A DNA stretch of 63,751 nt, filler included. It is 5 parts of 5 records of this genome, joined end to end, with 100 filler letters (N's around TTAATTAATTAA, not from the genome) between each part and the next. Parts side by side here need not be neighbours in the genome. Positions count along the whole stretch, not along the records: positions 1 to 20,678 come from DRR723986_5766; positions 20,779 to 29,792 come from DRR723986_5768; positions 29,893 to 42,304 come from DRR723986_5769; 2 more parts are not named here. The stretch is one strand, 5' to 3'. Under the pieces are notes generated by a model. That model was not told the origin of the DNA and did not search any database. It worked only from the letters and a program-made list of their open reading frames with translations. The position numbers were made by a program, and so were the translations under genes. Below, piece by piece: positions 19,684 through 32,094 of the stretch (position 1 is its first letter; each line of letters opens with the position of its first letter).

Positions 19684-20217
19684 TCAATCTGACTTGCGGT
19701 GTTCGAGCAGAAACCGCATGAAAAAGAAATTCGCGACAAGGGTGAAAGGCGTGACCAGCATCTTGGCCGTGACCCCGCACAAGGTCACTGGCTTCAGTCC
19801 CAAACCGGCAACGAAGGCAGTGCCGTCAACTGTGACCAGCAACGACATCAAAGCCCAGCTCAACCCGGCCGTCAGAGCCGAGGCGGCGGTTACCGCGACA
19901 ACCTGCCAGATCCAGTAGAGCGCCAGGAGCACTGTCGTCGACCTGTTGCCGGCCTTCTCGAAGATGTGCTTGCCGGCAACGAAGAAAACGAAGGTCACGC
20001 CGCAGAAGGCACCGATGAAGTTTGCCCAGAACACGGGCAGGCCACTTTGCGTGAGCGTTGCCATGGTCAGGAAATCCAGGCACCAGCCTATGCCGGAGAT
20101 CAGGGCAAATCCCGAGAAGCGCTTTGCAATCGCATTGTAACGGTTCAAGGAAGACGACCCTGACTTTTGTTTGCCGTCGCGTTCCACGACGGTAGATGCG
20201 CTCCCGGCGTCCTTCAT
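19684..20217 (-). CDS. GtrA-family protein
   Basis: Four TM segments, FALISGIGWCLDF, final ANFFFMRF. Confidence 0.8.
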   Translation of the reverse strand: MKDAGSASTVVERDGKQKSGSSSLNRYNAIAKRFSGFALISGIGWCLDFLTMATLTQSGLPVFWANFIGAFCGVTFVFFVAGKHIFEKAGNRSTTVLLALYWIWQVVAVTAASALTAGLSWALMSLLVTVDGTAFVAGLGLKPVTLCGVTAKMLVTPFTLVANFFFMRFLLEHRKSD

Positions 20218-20599
20218 GAAACCACCGTCAGCAACCGCTGGAAAGACGGTCGATCCATATGCTGAAATTGCGCTCGGCCGGCATCGGAAAAACCTGTTCA
20301 CATCCTGAAAACAAAGAAGCCGTTTCCGTCGAACTGTCTGACCGAAACGACCTTATCTCATGCCGGGAAACACTAGCGGTGAATTGTTTCAATGCCGTTA
20401 ATCGGCGAATCTGACAATGGGTCTGGATATGTGGAAGGTGTCCGTGCCAACGCCCGCTGGGACGCGATGCAAGGGTTCGGGAACAGCTTCCCGGTGGCGG
20501 CAGAACAGTCAATCGGCGATCGCTCGCGGCAAAGGCAAACCGCACACGGCCCACTGCCTGGTCGGCTCAAAATGCAAATTTTTCGAAGAAAGACTGGAA

Positions 20600-20675
<76 letters not shown>

Positions 20676-20678
20676 ATG

Positions 20679-20778
20679 NNNNNNNNNNNNNNNNNNNNNN
20701 NNNNNNNNNNNNNNNNNNNNNNTTAATTAATTAANNNNNNNNNNNNNNNNNNNNNNNNNNNNNNNNNNNNNNNNNNNN
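20679..20778. other. Artificial contig linker
   Basis: N44-TTAATTAATTAA-N44; stops in all six frames. Confidence 0.98.
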
Positions 20779-21237
20779 CAGAATCACGCAAAGGTACGTC
20801 CAAAATTTCCAGCCTTCCCGCTTAAACGCTCAAACCGCCCACTCAACACTCAACCGCTCCCGTTCAGCGGCTCATCCCTCTCGCCGCTCAAATGTTAGAC
20901 CATTTTTTTCGGCGGATTCAGGGTAATTCCGCGGCCCCAGACACATCCAGCTATGAACATCGCGCCATGCACCGGACAGTCTATTTTTCGTCGATTGTTG
21001 TTGCTTCCTGCAGATGCTGTGACACAGAGCCCAAGTCACTCAGACTCCAAGCCCAATGACTCCTCGCACAGTCAGTGAATACAGACGCCGAGTCGCAAAC
21101 CTTGACGCTGAGCGGCAGTCTCAAAGTCTTGGGGCTCCCGGCTCAGCGACAAACAAAATCCTCAAAAAACGAGCCGAGCCGGACCCAAAAGGGACGGAAT
21201 GGCGCTGTAATCTGCCTGCCCCTAATCAACCAGGAAA

Positions 21238-23184
<1,947 letters not shown>

Positions 23185-23358
23185 ATGCTGCACGCGATTT
23201 ATTTGGGATTCGGCTAAAGAATCAACGCCGCAGGATGCGACGCGATAATGACGACAAAAAATACACAATTGCCACCGGATATTCGGAGACCTGTTGATGT
23301 ATTCAGAGCATTTTTTTTCTGGGCCGTTGGGCGCTAAAAACTGTTGAGCCAGGACCGC

Positions 23359-24909
23359 TCAGGACTGCGGCCTCTGCCGGTTGTAGAGCGTCGTGAGTTC
23401 GCGCAGGCGCGCGGCGGCGGCAGGCGTCAAATCCTCAAGCTCACAGCGGTAGAGCCAGTTGCCACGCGCCTGTCCGGGCTCGTTCATGCGCTGATGTTTG
23501 CCCTGCCCCAGGACGTCCTGCAGCGGAAACAAACACAGATATGCGGGCGAAGCCAGCGCCACGCGGATCATTTCCCACACGACCTTGGCCGAAGCGCGCA
23601 CGCCGGTGTATTGCTCCACAAAATCCTTGACTTCAGCCGCCGAATCGCGATGCCAGGCCAGACTGGTGGCATTGTCATGTGTGCCGCTGTACACCACGCA
23701 ATCGCGACTGAAATTGTGCGGCAGGAATTCATTGGCTGGATCGCGACTTTCATAGGCGAACTGCAACACTTTCATGCCGGGGAAACCGGACTCACGGCGC
23801 AGAGCCGTTACTTCCGGCGTTATCAGTCCCAGGTCTTCGGCTATCAGCGGAAGTTCGCCAAACTTGCGGCGCAGCGCCGCAAAAAGTGCGCTGCCGGGAG
23901 CTTTGATCCACTTGCCGTTGACGGCCGTTTTGTCCTGCGCGGGAATCGCCCAGAACGCTTCAAAACCACGAAAATGATCGATGCGCAGCACATCAAAATA
24001 GTCGAACATACGCTGGATGCGCGCAGCCCACCAGCCAAAGTCGTCGCGCTGCATCACGTCCCAATCGTAGAGCGGATTGCCCCAGCGCTGCCCCGTCTTT
24101 GAGAAATAATCGGGCGGCACGCCGGCCACCAGATGCGGGCGGCGCTTCTGATCCAGCATAAACTGCGCGTGATGCGCCCAGACGTCGGCCGAATCATCCG
24201 CACAGAAAATTGGAATGTCACCAATCAGATGCACACCACGTGCATGTGCGTAGCTGCGCAGTGCGCGCCATTGCTCGTCGAAGAGCCACTGCAGAAATTT
24301 GTGATAGTTGATCCTCTCGGCCTGATTCTGCCTGAGTGCATGCATTGCTGCGCCGTCACGCAGTTTGTACTCATCGCTCCACGAATACCAGGCCGCACCG
24401 CCGTGCATGTCCTTGAGCGCCATAAACTGTGCAAAGTCATTCAGCCAGGAGCTGTTGTAATGCAAAAACTGCTGGAAGCGGTGATGATCGTCAGAGCCAT
24501 GCATGCTCAGGAACCTCTGCCAGGCCTGCTGCAGAACCGGCTTGCGAATTGCCCTGGCGACTTCGACTTTGCTCTGGCGCCGCGCACGACGCACAGGCTC
24601 CGGCAAATCTTCGGGCTGCAGATACGAACGCGTCACCAGGTCTTCCAGACTTACGAAGTCCGGGTTTCCGGCGAAAGCCGAGTATGAAGCGTAGGGACTG
24701 TTGCCGTAACCCGTCGGTCCTATCGGCAGCACCTGCCAGCAGCTCTGCCCCGCGCTGCACAAATAATCCACAAACTCACGAGCTGTCGGCCCCAGGTCGC
24801 CCAGGCCGGTGTCTACCGATTCCGCCGATGGCGCCAGGGAGCTGATGTGCAGCAATATCCCGGAGTGCCGCAATGAATTTTTGGGAGAAACTGAATGTTG
24901 AAATTGCAT
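23359..24909 (-). CDS. malQ: 4-alpha-glucanotransferase (amylomaltase, GH77)
   Basis: GILLHISSL, GDIPIF, GVPPDYFS, GQRWGNPLY, RIDHFRGF, AEDLG, GTHDN. Confidence 0.96.
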   Translation of the reverse strand: MQFQHSVSPKNSLRHSGILLHISSLAPSAESVDTGLGDLGPTAREFVDYLCSAGQSCWQVLPIGPTGYGNSPYASYSAFAGNPDFVSLEDLVTRSYLQPEDLPEPVRRARRQSKVEVARAIRKPVLQQAWQRFLSMHGSDDHHRFQQFLHYNSSWLNDFAQFMALKDMHGGAAWYSWSDEYKLRDGAAMHALRQNQAERINYHKFLQWLFDEQWRALRSYAHARGVHLIGDIPIFCADDSADVWAHHAQFMLDQKRRPHLVAGVPPDYFSKTGQRWGNPLYDWDVMQRDDFGWWAARIQRMFDYFDVLRIDHFRGFEAFWAIPAQDKTAVNGKWIKAPGSALFAALRRKFGELPLIAEDLGLITPEVTALRRESGFPGMKVLQFAYESRDPANEFLPHNFSRDCVVYSGTHDNATSLAWHRDSAAEVKDFVEQYTGVRASAKVVWEMIRVALASPAYLCLFPLQDVLGQGKHQRMNEPGQARGNWLYRCELEDLTPAAAARLRELTTLYNRQRPQS

Positions 24910-24978
24910 GAAGACCTGGATCTGAGATTGAATGCTCAGGCGCAGTCCAACGGAGCGCCCAGACGAAGATTTGTGGGC

Positions 24979-25800
24979 TCAAGTGTTGGGTGCACACAGG
25001 GCGGCATAGGCCGTAGGAACACGGTCGCTACGCACATCATTAAACGCGTTGAATGACTTGTCGCGCGTTTCTTCCGGTGTGATATCCGTGTAAATCACGC
25101 AGTTGTCGCTTGGGTTGGCGCGCGCCACTTCTGTGCCGTCGTAAGCATAAACGGCGGAGTCGCCCTTAAAGAGCAGCGTTTCTTCCCCACGTGTTTCCGT
25201 GCCGGCGCGGTTGGCTACGGCAACGTAGACTTTGTTCTCAATGGCGCGCGCGGGCATGACTTTGCGCCAGGCTTCAGTCACAAGATTTGATGGGCAGGCA
25301 ATCAGGTCGGCACCGGCCAGCATGAGCGCGCGCGATGCTTCCGGAAAACGCCAGTCGTAACAGACCATCAGGCCGATATTCACCTTGCGTGCGGCATTGT
25401 AGACATTAAACCAGGGACGGTCGCCAATGTCAAACGCAAAGCGCTCCTTGTAGAACAGGTGAATCTTGCGGTAGACATGCATCTGCTCCTCTTCGGGCGC
25501 CGTCAGCACGCAGCTGTTGTAAATCTTGTCGCCGGCGCGCTCGGCAAAACCGGCGACAACAACGGCATTTTTGGCGGCCGCGATACGGCGGAAGAGCGCG
25601 CAGGACGGCCCCTCCAGTGTCTCGGCCAAAGCGGCGGATTCTTCGCGCGACTGGAAGAAATATCCGGTGGTGCACAGTTCCGGAAGCACAATGATATCGG
25701 CTTCAACATCCTGCATCAGGTTCTCAATCGCTGAGATATTGGCCTGGACGTCGCCATACACGGCCGAATACTGCACAACAGCTAGTCGTAGAGAAGACAT
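24979..25800 (-). CDS. Carbon-nitrogen hydrolase (nitrilase family)
   Basis: E-K-C triad: LPELCTTGY, YRKIHLF, VCYDWRFPE; start MSSLRL. Confidence 0.92.
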   Translation of the reverse strand: MSSLRLAVVQYSAVYGDVQANISAIENLMQDVEADIIVLPELCTTGYFFQSREESAALAETLEGPSCALFRRIAAAKNAVVVAGFAERAGDKIYNSCVLTAPEEEQMHVYRKIHLFYKERFAFDIGDRPWFNVYNAARKVNIGLMVCYDWRFPEASRALMLAGADLIACPSNLVTEAWRKVMPARAIENKVYVAVANRAGTETRGEETLLFKGDSAVYAYDGTEVARANPSDNCVIYTDITPEETRDKSFNAFNDVRSDRVPTAYAALCAPNT

Positions 25801-26112
25801 GGCGTTTTCCTGCATGAGAGAGTTGATGATGGACAAAAGTGCCTGGATTGGCCTGCAATTTACTGCGCCGCCAAGAATTTCGACAATCCATTTTGTTACC
25901 TGAGCGGCTGAATTGTGTCCTTTACCTGAGCCACAAAACTGGTGAGTAGCATTTGGAGACCGGGCTCGCACCTGCAGAGCCATCCCCCGCTTGAGTTTGC
26001 AGCAGAATGCATTGCTTATGTTTGGCATACGCTGTAAGTTCACGATTCGCCCTAGCCCCGGCAATACTTGCGCATACTCTTTTGTGGTCCTTTATCTAAA
26101 CTGGGCGACTTC

Positions 26113-29100
26113 ATGATGATCAGACCTCAACGACATTCCTGCCAGGCTCTGCCCCTGGCCCATAGATTTTCTGGCTTTCAGGCTTTTGCCGGCACTCGGG
26201 TTCTACGACTTGGAGTTCTCATTCTCAGCCTGCTGTGTACAGCAGCTGTTGAGAATCAGGCGCAAGACGTTTTTTATGAGGACGTTGTCCGCGGCGGCGC
26301 TACCGGCGGCGGTTATTCTCCGCCGGCAACCGAGCGCGGCACTGGAGATATTTCCGTTGCGCTCCCACAGGCCTGCACCATCAAACAGGCATACCTGCTT
26401 GCCGGGCGGCATGGTAAAGTACACCCACTGGAGATTACCTTTGCGGGCACCAGCATTACATTGGATGCCGGCAACCAGGTTTCAACCAATTTTGACACGA
26501 ACTTTGGCAAAAACTCCGGCGTGCATGCCGTGGACGTTACAGCTTTTGTGGACGCGTCCAGGAACATCTATACCATCAGTATTCCCGAACAGAAATTAAC
26601 ATCCAACCGCTACGCGGACTTCTACCTGTGGATTTGTTTTGAGCGCGCGGATCTAAAGAAGACGCATGTTGAAATACTGCTCAATACGTTCACATTCAGC
26701 AACGATCCGCTGCTCTACATTTTCAGCCTCACGCCGCCGAACTGCTTTGACATCGGTTTAGGCCTGATGTGCGGCTACATTTGTAATGCCGAGCTGGACG
26801 GTGCCAACCTGTTTATTGGCGAAGAATTTTTAGGACGTATCGGCGGCAATGACCCGCAGTCCGGTATCTGCGGCGGCCCGGCGGCAAACTTCAGCTACTT
26901 CGACGGCATTCTGCGTGGTTTGCTGGGAGACTCCGCCGACGATCAGATGATCGGCAATGACGTGCTCGCGAACCTCAACAGTTATCTGGGTAGCGGCGAC
27001 GTGGGTTTCAGCATGACACTTAACAGCAAACCCGATAACGCACTCTGGGCCATGTTCCTGAACTATGGCATCCCCGAGTTAGAAGTGGTGGTCGTAGATG
27101 GCACGCTGCCGCTCTGCCCCGGCGAAGAAGTTACGCTCAGTACCGAAGGTGACTTTGAGACTTTCCTCTGGTCCACCGAGAGCCAGGCAAAGTCAATCAC
27201 CGTCGATAAACCCGGATTTTATTCAGTGATTGGCTTTAACAGTGACGGCTGCAGTAAATCCGCTGAGATAGAAGTGCGCCAGCGCATTATCAATGCCGGC
27301 CTGCGCTTTGAGGACGACAACATACAGATTGACGCTGACGCGTGTGACACGCAGGTGGAAGAAAATTTAACAGTCATCAATGACCGCGCAGAAGCGATGA
27401 CCTGGGGTGAGGCCGTAAGCCGCAATCCGGCCCTGATGGCCATCATCCAGCAGCCCAGCCAGGGCCAGATGATTGCCGCCGGCGAGAGCGTCACAATCAG
27501 AGTGCGAATCCAAACTCCCATGCCGGGAACCTTCACAGGTGCGCTCGAAGTCAGCAGCTCTCCATGCGCCCTGCCGCTGGAAGCACAAGTCACGATCATT
27601 AAAGAAGCGAACAGATTAGCCGCAGACAGGGAGTCGATTGACTTCGGCACAATCCCTGCCTGCGTCGAGCCACGCCCCGCGGCTGTGACAATCACGAACG
27701 TCAGCAGTGTGCCCCTGAACATCAGTAAAGTTGAAGTCAGCCCCGGATACAGCGTTCTGCCGACTGCGGTGGAAGGCAGCCTGGCGCCCGGTGCTGTTTT
27801 TAACTTTGTGGTTCAACCGGACCTGGGTAACGGCACGGTTAACGGCACACTGAAACTGGAATACGAAAGCACCGAGCTGGAATGCGAAAAATCGCTGGAA
27901 GTTGCCCTGACTACCGAGTTTGTGGAAGATAATATTCAGCTGTCCAGCGCTGCGGTTACATTCCCACCCACCCTTAGCTGCGCCGGTGGCGCGCGCGCTG
28001 AAGTCGTCTTCAGCAACGCCGGAGAACGCACAGTTTCGATAGAAGCCATGCGGCCGAATCCCAACGTCACAGTGCTTGGCAGCCTGCCGCTGAATGTTCC
28101 GGCCCAAGGTAGCGCAAGCCTGGAGCTGCTCTTTAACCCGCCGCAGGCCCTGCAGGAAGTCGCCGCACTCCAGTTTGAAGTCGACGTTTGCCGGCAAGTG
28201 CATCAGGTGGCATATTCGGGGCTCAGCGAAGCACCGAACCTGAACCTGCCCAGGGAAATCGACTTTGGCGATCCGCTACTTTGCGGGCGCAACGACTCTA
28301 CTATCAGTCTGAAAATCTTGCCGGCACCGGCCTACGCGCAGAACTTTACGATTACAAATGTCAATATCAGTGGGCCCTTCCAGGCTTCGATCAGTGCCGG
28401 TGCAGTGCTGCCCGGCGGCCAGGAGGCGACTCTGGATGTAAGCTTTGTCCCGACGGCCATGGGAGATTTCAGCGGGTTTATCGACATCAGTTTTGATCCC
28501 TGCCAACAGACGCAGCGAATTATCCTGCGCGGCCGCCGGCAAGGCAACGGAGTTGATTTTGCACCGGCCGAACTCAATTTTGGCACGATGAAACCCGAGC
28601 AGCTTGTGGAGTTGCCGGTCACTCTGCGCAACAATTCGGATCAGACGCGCGCGATTGTTAAACTGCGCGGCGTTAACGCTCCATTTTTCATCAACCCCAG
28701 CATTTCACTGCCAATTATCCTGGAACCGGGCCAGGAAACAGTCATCTTGCTGCGTATGCGTTCGCTCATCAAAGGTGAGTTCAGCGATGAACTCCTGGTG
28801 TATACCGATGATACCAGTTGTGGTCCACTGCTGCGCGTACCACTGCGCGGCAGCGCCAATGCACGCGATAATTTGCTGGTAAGTTTCCCCGAATTGCGCT
28901 TCAGTGCCGGCACGACTACGGTTGGCCTGCCGCTTATCCTGCGCGAACTGGGGCCGGTGCGTTTACCTGCCGGCGGCCTCAACATCAGCGTCCGCCTGAA
29001 CCGGCACATTTTTCAGCCGAGTGGTTTCCGCGAAATTGCCGAAACAACAATTGCAGTTGACGGTGAGGACAACGTCATCAGCGCTCAATACACTTTGCCC

Positions 29101-29568
29101 AGGGACGCATTTGTGGGCGACACGTTGCTGCATCTGGATGGCCTGGTGATGTACGATGTTGACCACACGCTCGCCCCAATAACAATCGAATCCTTTGAAT
29201 GGACCGGCGCTACCGAGTTCATCACGGAAACGGCCGACGGGCGTTTGGCAGTTGAAAAATTCTGCGTTGACTTCGGCATGGATTTCGGCTTTGCACCGCG
29301 CTTTGGCATAGTGGATGTGCTCCCCAACCCCGCTACGGATGGACGCGTGGCCGTTAATGTACGCGTCTCCATTTCTGAAGAATCGACACTTGCGATTTAC
29401 GACAATTCGGGTTCCAGGCTCATAGAACAACGTTGGCCGGCCGCCAGTTTTGGTAGCGACGCACTGCGGCGTTTGGAGCTGGAACACGACTTGCCGAACG
29501 GACTCTACCACATCATTCTACGCGCGGGCGAACTGCAGGAGCACCGCTCACTTGTGATTGGCCCCTGA
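26113..29568 (+). CDS. Large secreted protein with tandem Ig-like (choice-of-anchor D-like) domains and T9SS type A-like C-terminal domain
   Basis: Repeated (I/L)DFG...V.I.N modules; C-terminal PNP...LAIYDNSG...LPNGLYHIIL; start approximate. Confidence 0.75.
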   Translation: MMIRPQRHSCQALPLAHRFSGFQAFAGTRVLRLGVLILSLLCTAAVENQAQDVFYEDVVRGGATGGGYSPPATERGTGDISVALPQACTIKQAYLLAGRHGKVHPLEITFAGTSITLDAGNQVSTNFDTNFGKNSGVHAVDVTAFVDASRNIYTISIPEQKLTSNRYADFYLWICFERADLKKTHVEILLNTFTFSNDPLLYIFSLTPPNCFDIGLGLMCGYICNAELDGANLFIGEEFLGRIGGNDPQSGICGGPAANFSYFDGILRGLLGDSADDQMIGNDVLANLNSYLGSGDVGFSMTLNSKPDNALWAMFLNYGIPELEVVVVDGTLPLCPGEEVTLSTEGDFETFLWSTESQAKSITVDKPGFYSVIGFNSDGCSKSAEIEVRQRIINAGLRFEDDNIQIDADACDTQVEENLTVINDRAEAMTWGEAVSRNPALMAIIQQPSQGQMIAAGESVTIRVRIQTPMPGTFTGALEVSSSPCALPLEAQVTIIKEANRLAADRESIDFGTIPACVEPRPAAVTITNVSSVPLNISKVEVSPGYSVLPTAVEGSLAPGAVFNFVVQPDLGNGTVNGTLKLEYESTELECEKSLEVALTTEFVEDNIQLSSAAVTFPPTLSCAGGARAEVVFSNAGERTVSIEAMRPNPNVTVLGSLPLNVPAQGSASLELLFNPPQALQEVAALQFEVDVCRQVHQVAYSGLSEAPNLNLPREIDFGDPLLCGRNDSTISLKILPAPAYAQNFTITNVNISGPFQASISAGAVLPGGQEATLDVSFVPTAMGDFSGFIDISFDPCQQTQRIILRGRRQGNGVDFAPAELNFGTMKPEQLVELPVTLRNNSDQTRAIVKLRGVNAPFFINPSISLPIILEPGQETVILLRMRSLIKGEFSDELLVYTDDTSCGPLLRVPLRGSANARDNLLVSFPELRFSAGTTTVGLPLILRELGPVRLPAGGLNISVRLNRHIFQPSGFREIAETTIAVDGEDNVISAQYTLPRDAFVGDTLLHLDGLVMYDVDHTLAPITIESFEWTGATEFITETADGRLAVEKFCVDFGMDFGFAPRFGIVDVLPNPATDGRVAVNVRVSISEESTLAIYDNSGSRLIEQRWPAASFGSDALRRLELEHDLPNGLYHIILRAGELQEHRSLVIGP

Positions 29569-29652
29569 TTCACGCAACATTATTGCGGCTGTTCGATTGC
29601 TGACTTGAGGTTTGAGCGCTGCGCCCGATTTTTGGCAGATCCATTGCGGACT

Positions 29653-29678
29653 TGCAGAGTGTCGGTGTACACTCTGCA
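29653..29678. terminator. Hairpin downstream of large secreted protein
   Basis: tgcagagtgt-cggtgt-acactctgca 10-bp stem; no clear U-tract. Confidence 0.45.
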
Positions 29679-29786
29679 GACCTGTGCATTTTCGGCTCAC
29701 AGCACTTAGGGCTAACAGACGAAAATCTACACCTCTCGAATCGCTAGACCTGTGCTTTTTCCGCTCACAGCACTTAGGGCTAACAG
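29678..29786. repeat. Two 41-bp direct repeats (29678-29718, 29746-29786) separated by 27 bp
   Basis: agacctgtgc(a/t)ttttc(g/c)gctcacagcacttagggctaacag, 39/41 identical. Confidence 0.9.
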
Positions 29787-29792
29787 CGCATT

Positions 29793-29892
29793 NNNNNNNN
29801 NNNNNNNNNNNNNNNNNNNNNNNNNNNNNNNNNNNNTTAATTAATTAANNNNNNNNNNNNNNNNNNNNNNNNNNNNNNNNNNNNNNNNNNNN
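29793..29892. other. Artificial contig linker
   Basis: N44-TTAATTAATTAA-N44. Confidence 0.98.
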
Positions 29893-29922
29893 GCCTAAAG
29901 CTAACAGCCTAAAGCTAACAGC
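29893..29922. repeat. Tandem 14-mer (GCCTAAAGCTAACA)x2 at contig start
   Basis: gcctaaagctaaca gcctaaagctaaca gc. Confidence 0.8.
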
Positions 29923-30137
29923 TTATCTTCTACGGGGCTGGACGTTGTGCGCAAAGTGCTCAACGAAAGTTCCCAGCTGTCAGACTAAGGAGAAAGAATT
30001 TTGCCGATGCCCCACTCCCAAGAAATTGCAAAAACACTATATTGAATTTCAGAAAACAGCGGAGACAAGAATCGGTGAAGTCCAATTCCAAATGTCCTTC
30101 GCCTGGGATCCGATCCATTCAATAGCCCCTAAGAATC

Positions 30138-31325
30138 ATGACTTTACCTGCCAAATGCGCTTTGTTATCAATCACGGTATTTCTGCTCATTAGCTGTGCT
30201 GACGACGAGCCGATTACTCCGGTCGATGATACCACAACTGATCCGGTCGACGACACAACCGTTGTTAAGAAACCAGGCTGGCATCTGCAGTACACAAACA
30301 GTGCATATGAATTCCTGGATGTCTTTTTTCTCGATTCACTGCGGGGCTGGATCCTCACCGATCAGCAAATCCTTCTAACTACTGTAGACGGTGGAAGTTC
30401 CTGGACCGAATTACCGTTCGAAACTAAATTTCATCGCAAAGTGCAGTTTAAACAAATAATGTTTGTTAATTATGGAGTAACAGGCTTTGCAACGGTCCAT
30501 TCCAGACCGATAGACGGCCCACTTCGAAATGGAGGTGCAGATATCCCGGCAGCCACAATGATTACAAACGATGGAGGCTACACCTGGGAAGAAACTTGGG
30601 ATATTAAAGCTCATGGGTTTGATGGTGAGCCGAGGAACCTAAAACACGCGACCATTAATTCCGGTTCTTCTTTGACTTCAACCATGGTATCAGCGACAGG
30701 CGATGAGTTCGCTTTTTTGCATTATTGGTCCACCGATAAGGAATGGGATTTTTCGAGGAAAGCCTTAAGGTTTGGAGAGAGCTATGACAGTATTTACACC
30801 GGTGGTTATGCACAGAGTAGCGTTACTTACAGAGTTGCCGTCGGTGGCCGCTACATCGGTAACAAATGGATCGGTCACACGGCGACGCCGAACCAAAGTA
30901 ATAATATGCACAACGAGAAATTGTTTCCAAACTACGGTCGCTTCAACGACGTTGACACATTCATAGGTCGCGCCTGGGTCTGTGGAGACTCTCCTGTAAT
31001 TTTATTTTCAGAACGATATGGCCTTAATGACTGGAAAGAAATCCCATTAAACACCACTTTAAAGGGCCAGCAAATATTTTTTCTAGACGAAAACAACGGT
31101 TGGCTGCTACTTGGAACACAAGACCCCGCCACGTACATCAAAAACTCACAGGACTTCATGCATTCTTCTGACGGCGGGCTGACATGGGAGCCTCAAGCCA
31201 TCAGGGATGATGGTTTTGCTGCTGACGGTTTCACAGACTTTCAGTTTCTGGCCAACAACTATGGATGGATCGTCTCGAACAGAGGTGAGGTATACCACAC
31301 GAAGTCGGGCGGCAGAGCGGAGTAG
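30138..31325 (+). CDS. Lipoprotein with Ycf48/BNR (Asp-box) beta-propeller
   Basis: Lipobox LLISC; TVDGGSSW, TNDGGYTW, SSDGGLTW; FFLDxxxGW repeats. Confidence 0.85.
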   Translation: MTLPAKCALLSITVFLLISCADDEPITPVDDTTTDPVDDTTVVKKPGWHLQYTNSAYEFLDVFFLDSLRGWILTDQQILLTTVDGGSSWTELPFETKFHRKVQFKQIMFVNYGVTGFATVHSRPIDGPLRNGGADIPAATMITNDGGYTWEETWDIKAHGFDGEPRNLKHATINSGSSLTSTMVSATGDEFAFLHYWSTDKEWDFSRKALRFGESYDSIYTGGYAQSSVTYRVAVGGRYIGNKWIGHTATPNQSNNMHNEKLFPNYGRFNDVDTFIGRAWVCGDSPVILFSERYGLNDWKEIPLNTTLKGQQIFFLDENNGWLLLGTQDPATYIKNSQDFMHSSDGGLTWEPQAIRDDGFAADGFTDFQFLANNYGWIVSNRGEVYHTKSGGRAE

Positions 31326-31624
31326 CCAAGACTCCTCAACGCTTCGCATGAAGTTATTGAGTCAATAGCGTTGCAAATTTTTAGTCTCAGGTCTTTTGGC
31401 TGATGGGTTTGGGAGCCTGTGGGAGTAGCACAGCTGTGCTAAGATAGATTTTATGCCGGAACTGTGCTTGCACTTGAATCTGCCTTAAGGGTGGGTTGTT
31501 TTGGAAAACTGCCTGGCGGGCATCTCGATTTGGGCGAGAGGTCCTCTGCAGGCACGGACAAGCGCTACATGGAGGCCATGTATTTTACTGTTTGCTAAAA
31601 TGCTAAAGTACATTAATTTGAAGC

Positions 31625-32002
31625 ATGTCAAATTCAACTTGCATCCGTGAAGCCGCCGATCAGGCCCAAATCTCTCGCTGCCGTGCGCGCATTAAAAACT
31701 CATTGCCGCAGCTGACATATCTGGCGCGCTTCCTTCAACTTGCCGGTAATACCAGCAGACTACAAATACTGTACTCTTTGTTGCACGAGGAACGCCTCTG
31801 CGTTTGTGACCTGAGCGATGTCCTGGGAATGAAAATCTCAGCAGTATCACAGCACCTGCGCAAACTCAAAGACTCTGGTATAGTTGTTAACAACAAGGAG
31901 GGGCAGACGATTTACTATAGTATCGCGCCACTATATGCTGAGCTCCTGGAATCATTGCCCCTGGATTCCACACAGCAATTGGCTCTTGAGCCGAACGCGT
32001 AG
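31625..32002 (+). CDS. ArsR/SmtB-family metal-responsive regulator
   Basis: RLQIL...LCVCDLSDVLGMKISAVSQHLRKLK. Confidence 0.93.
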   Translation: MSNSTCIREAADQAQISRCRARIKNSLPQLTYLARFLQLAGNTSRLQILYSLLHEERLCVCDLSDVLGMKISAVSQHLRKLKDSGIVVNNKEGQTIYYSIAPLYAELLESLPLDSTQQLALEPNA

Positions 32003-32094
32003 CGGCAAAACCGACGTGCGGGCATCCTGACTGGAACGCTCGGCTTAACAACCCAAATTGAATTTCTCCTTTAAACTAGATCTATTTTTTTGTT

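Noticed and set aside
20723-20734. TTAATTAATTAA repeated four times in the window
   Set aside because: Synthetic six-frame-stop linker inside N runs
20779-21237. CTCAA-rich low-complexity stretch and short ORFs at the start of contig 2
   Set aside because: No regular periodicity, recognisable RNA structure or protein motif
29678-29786. Calling the 41-bp repeat pair a CRISPR array
   Set aside because: Only two copies, spacer shorter than the repeat, no cas genes on that contig, and unlike the type I-B repeat
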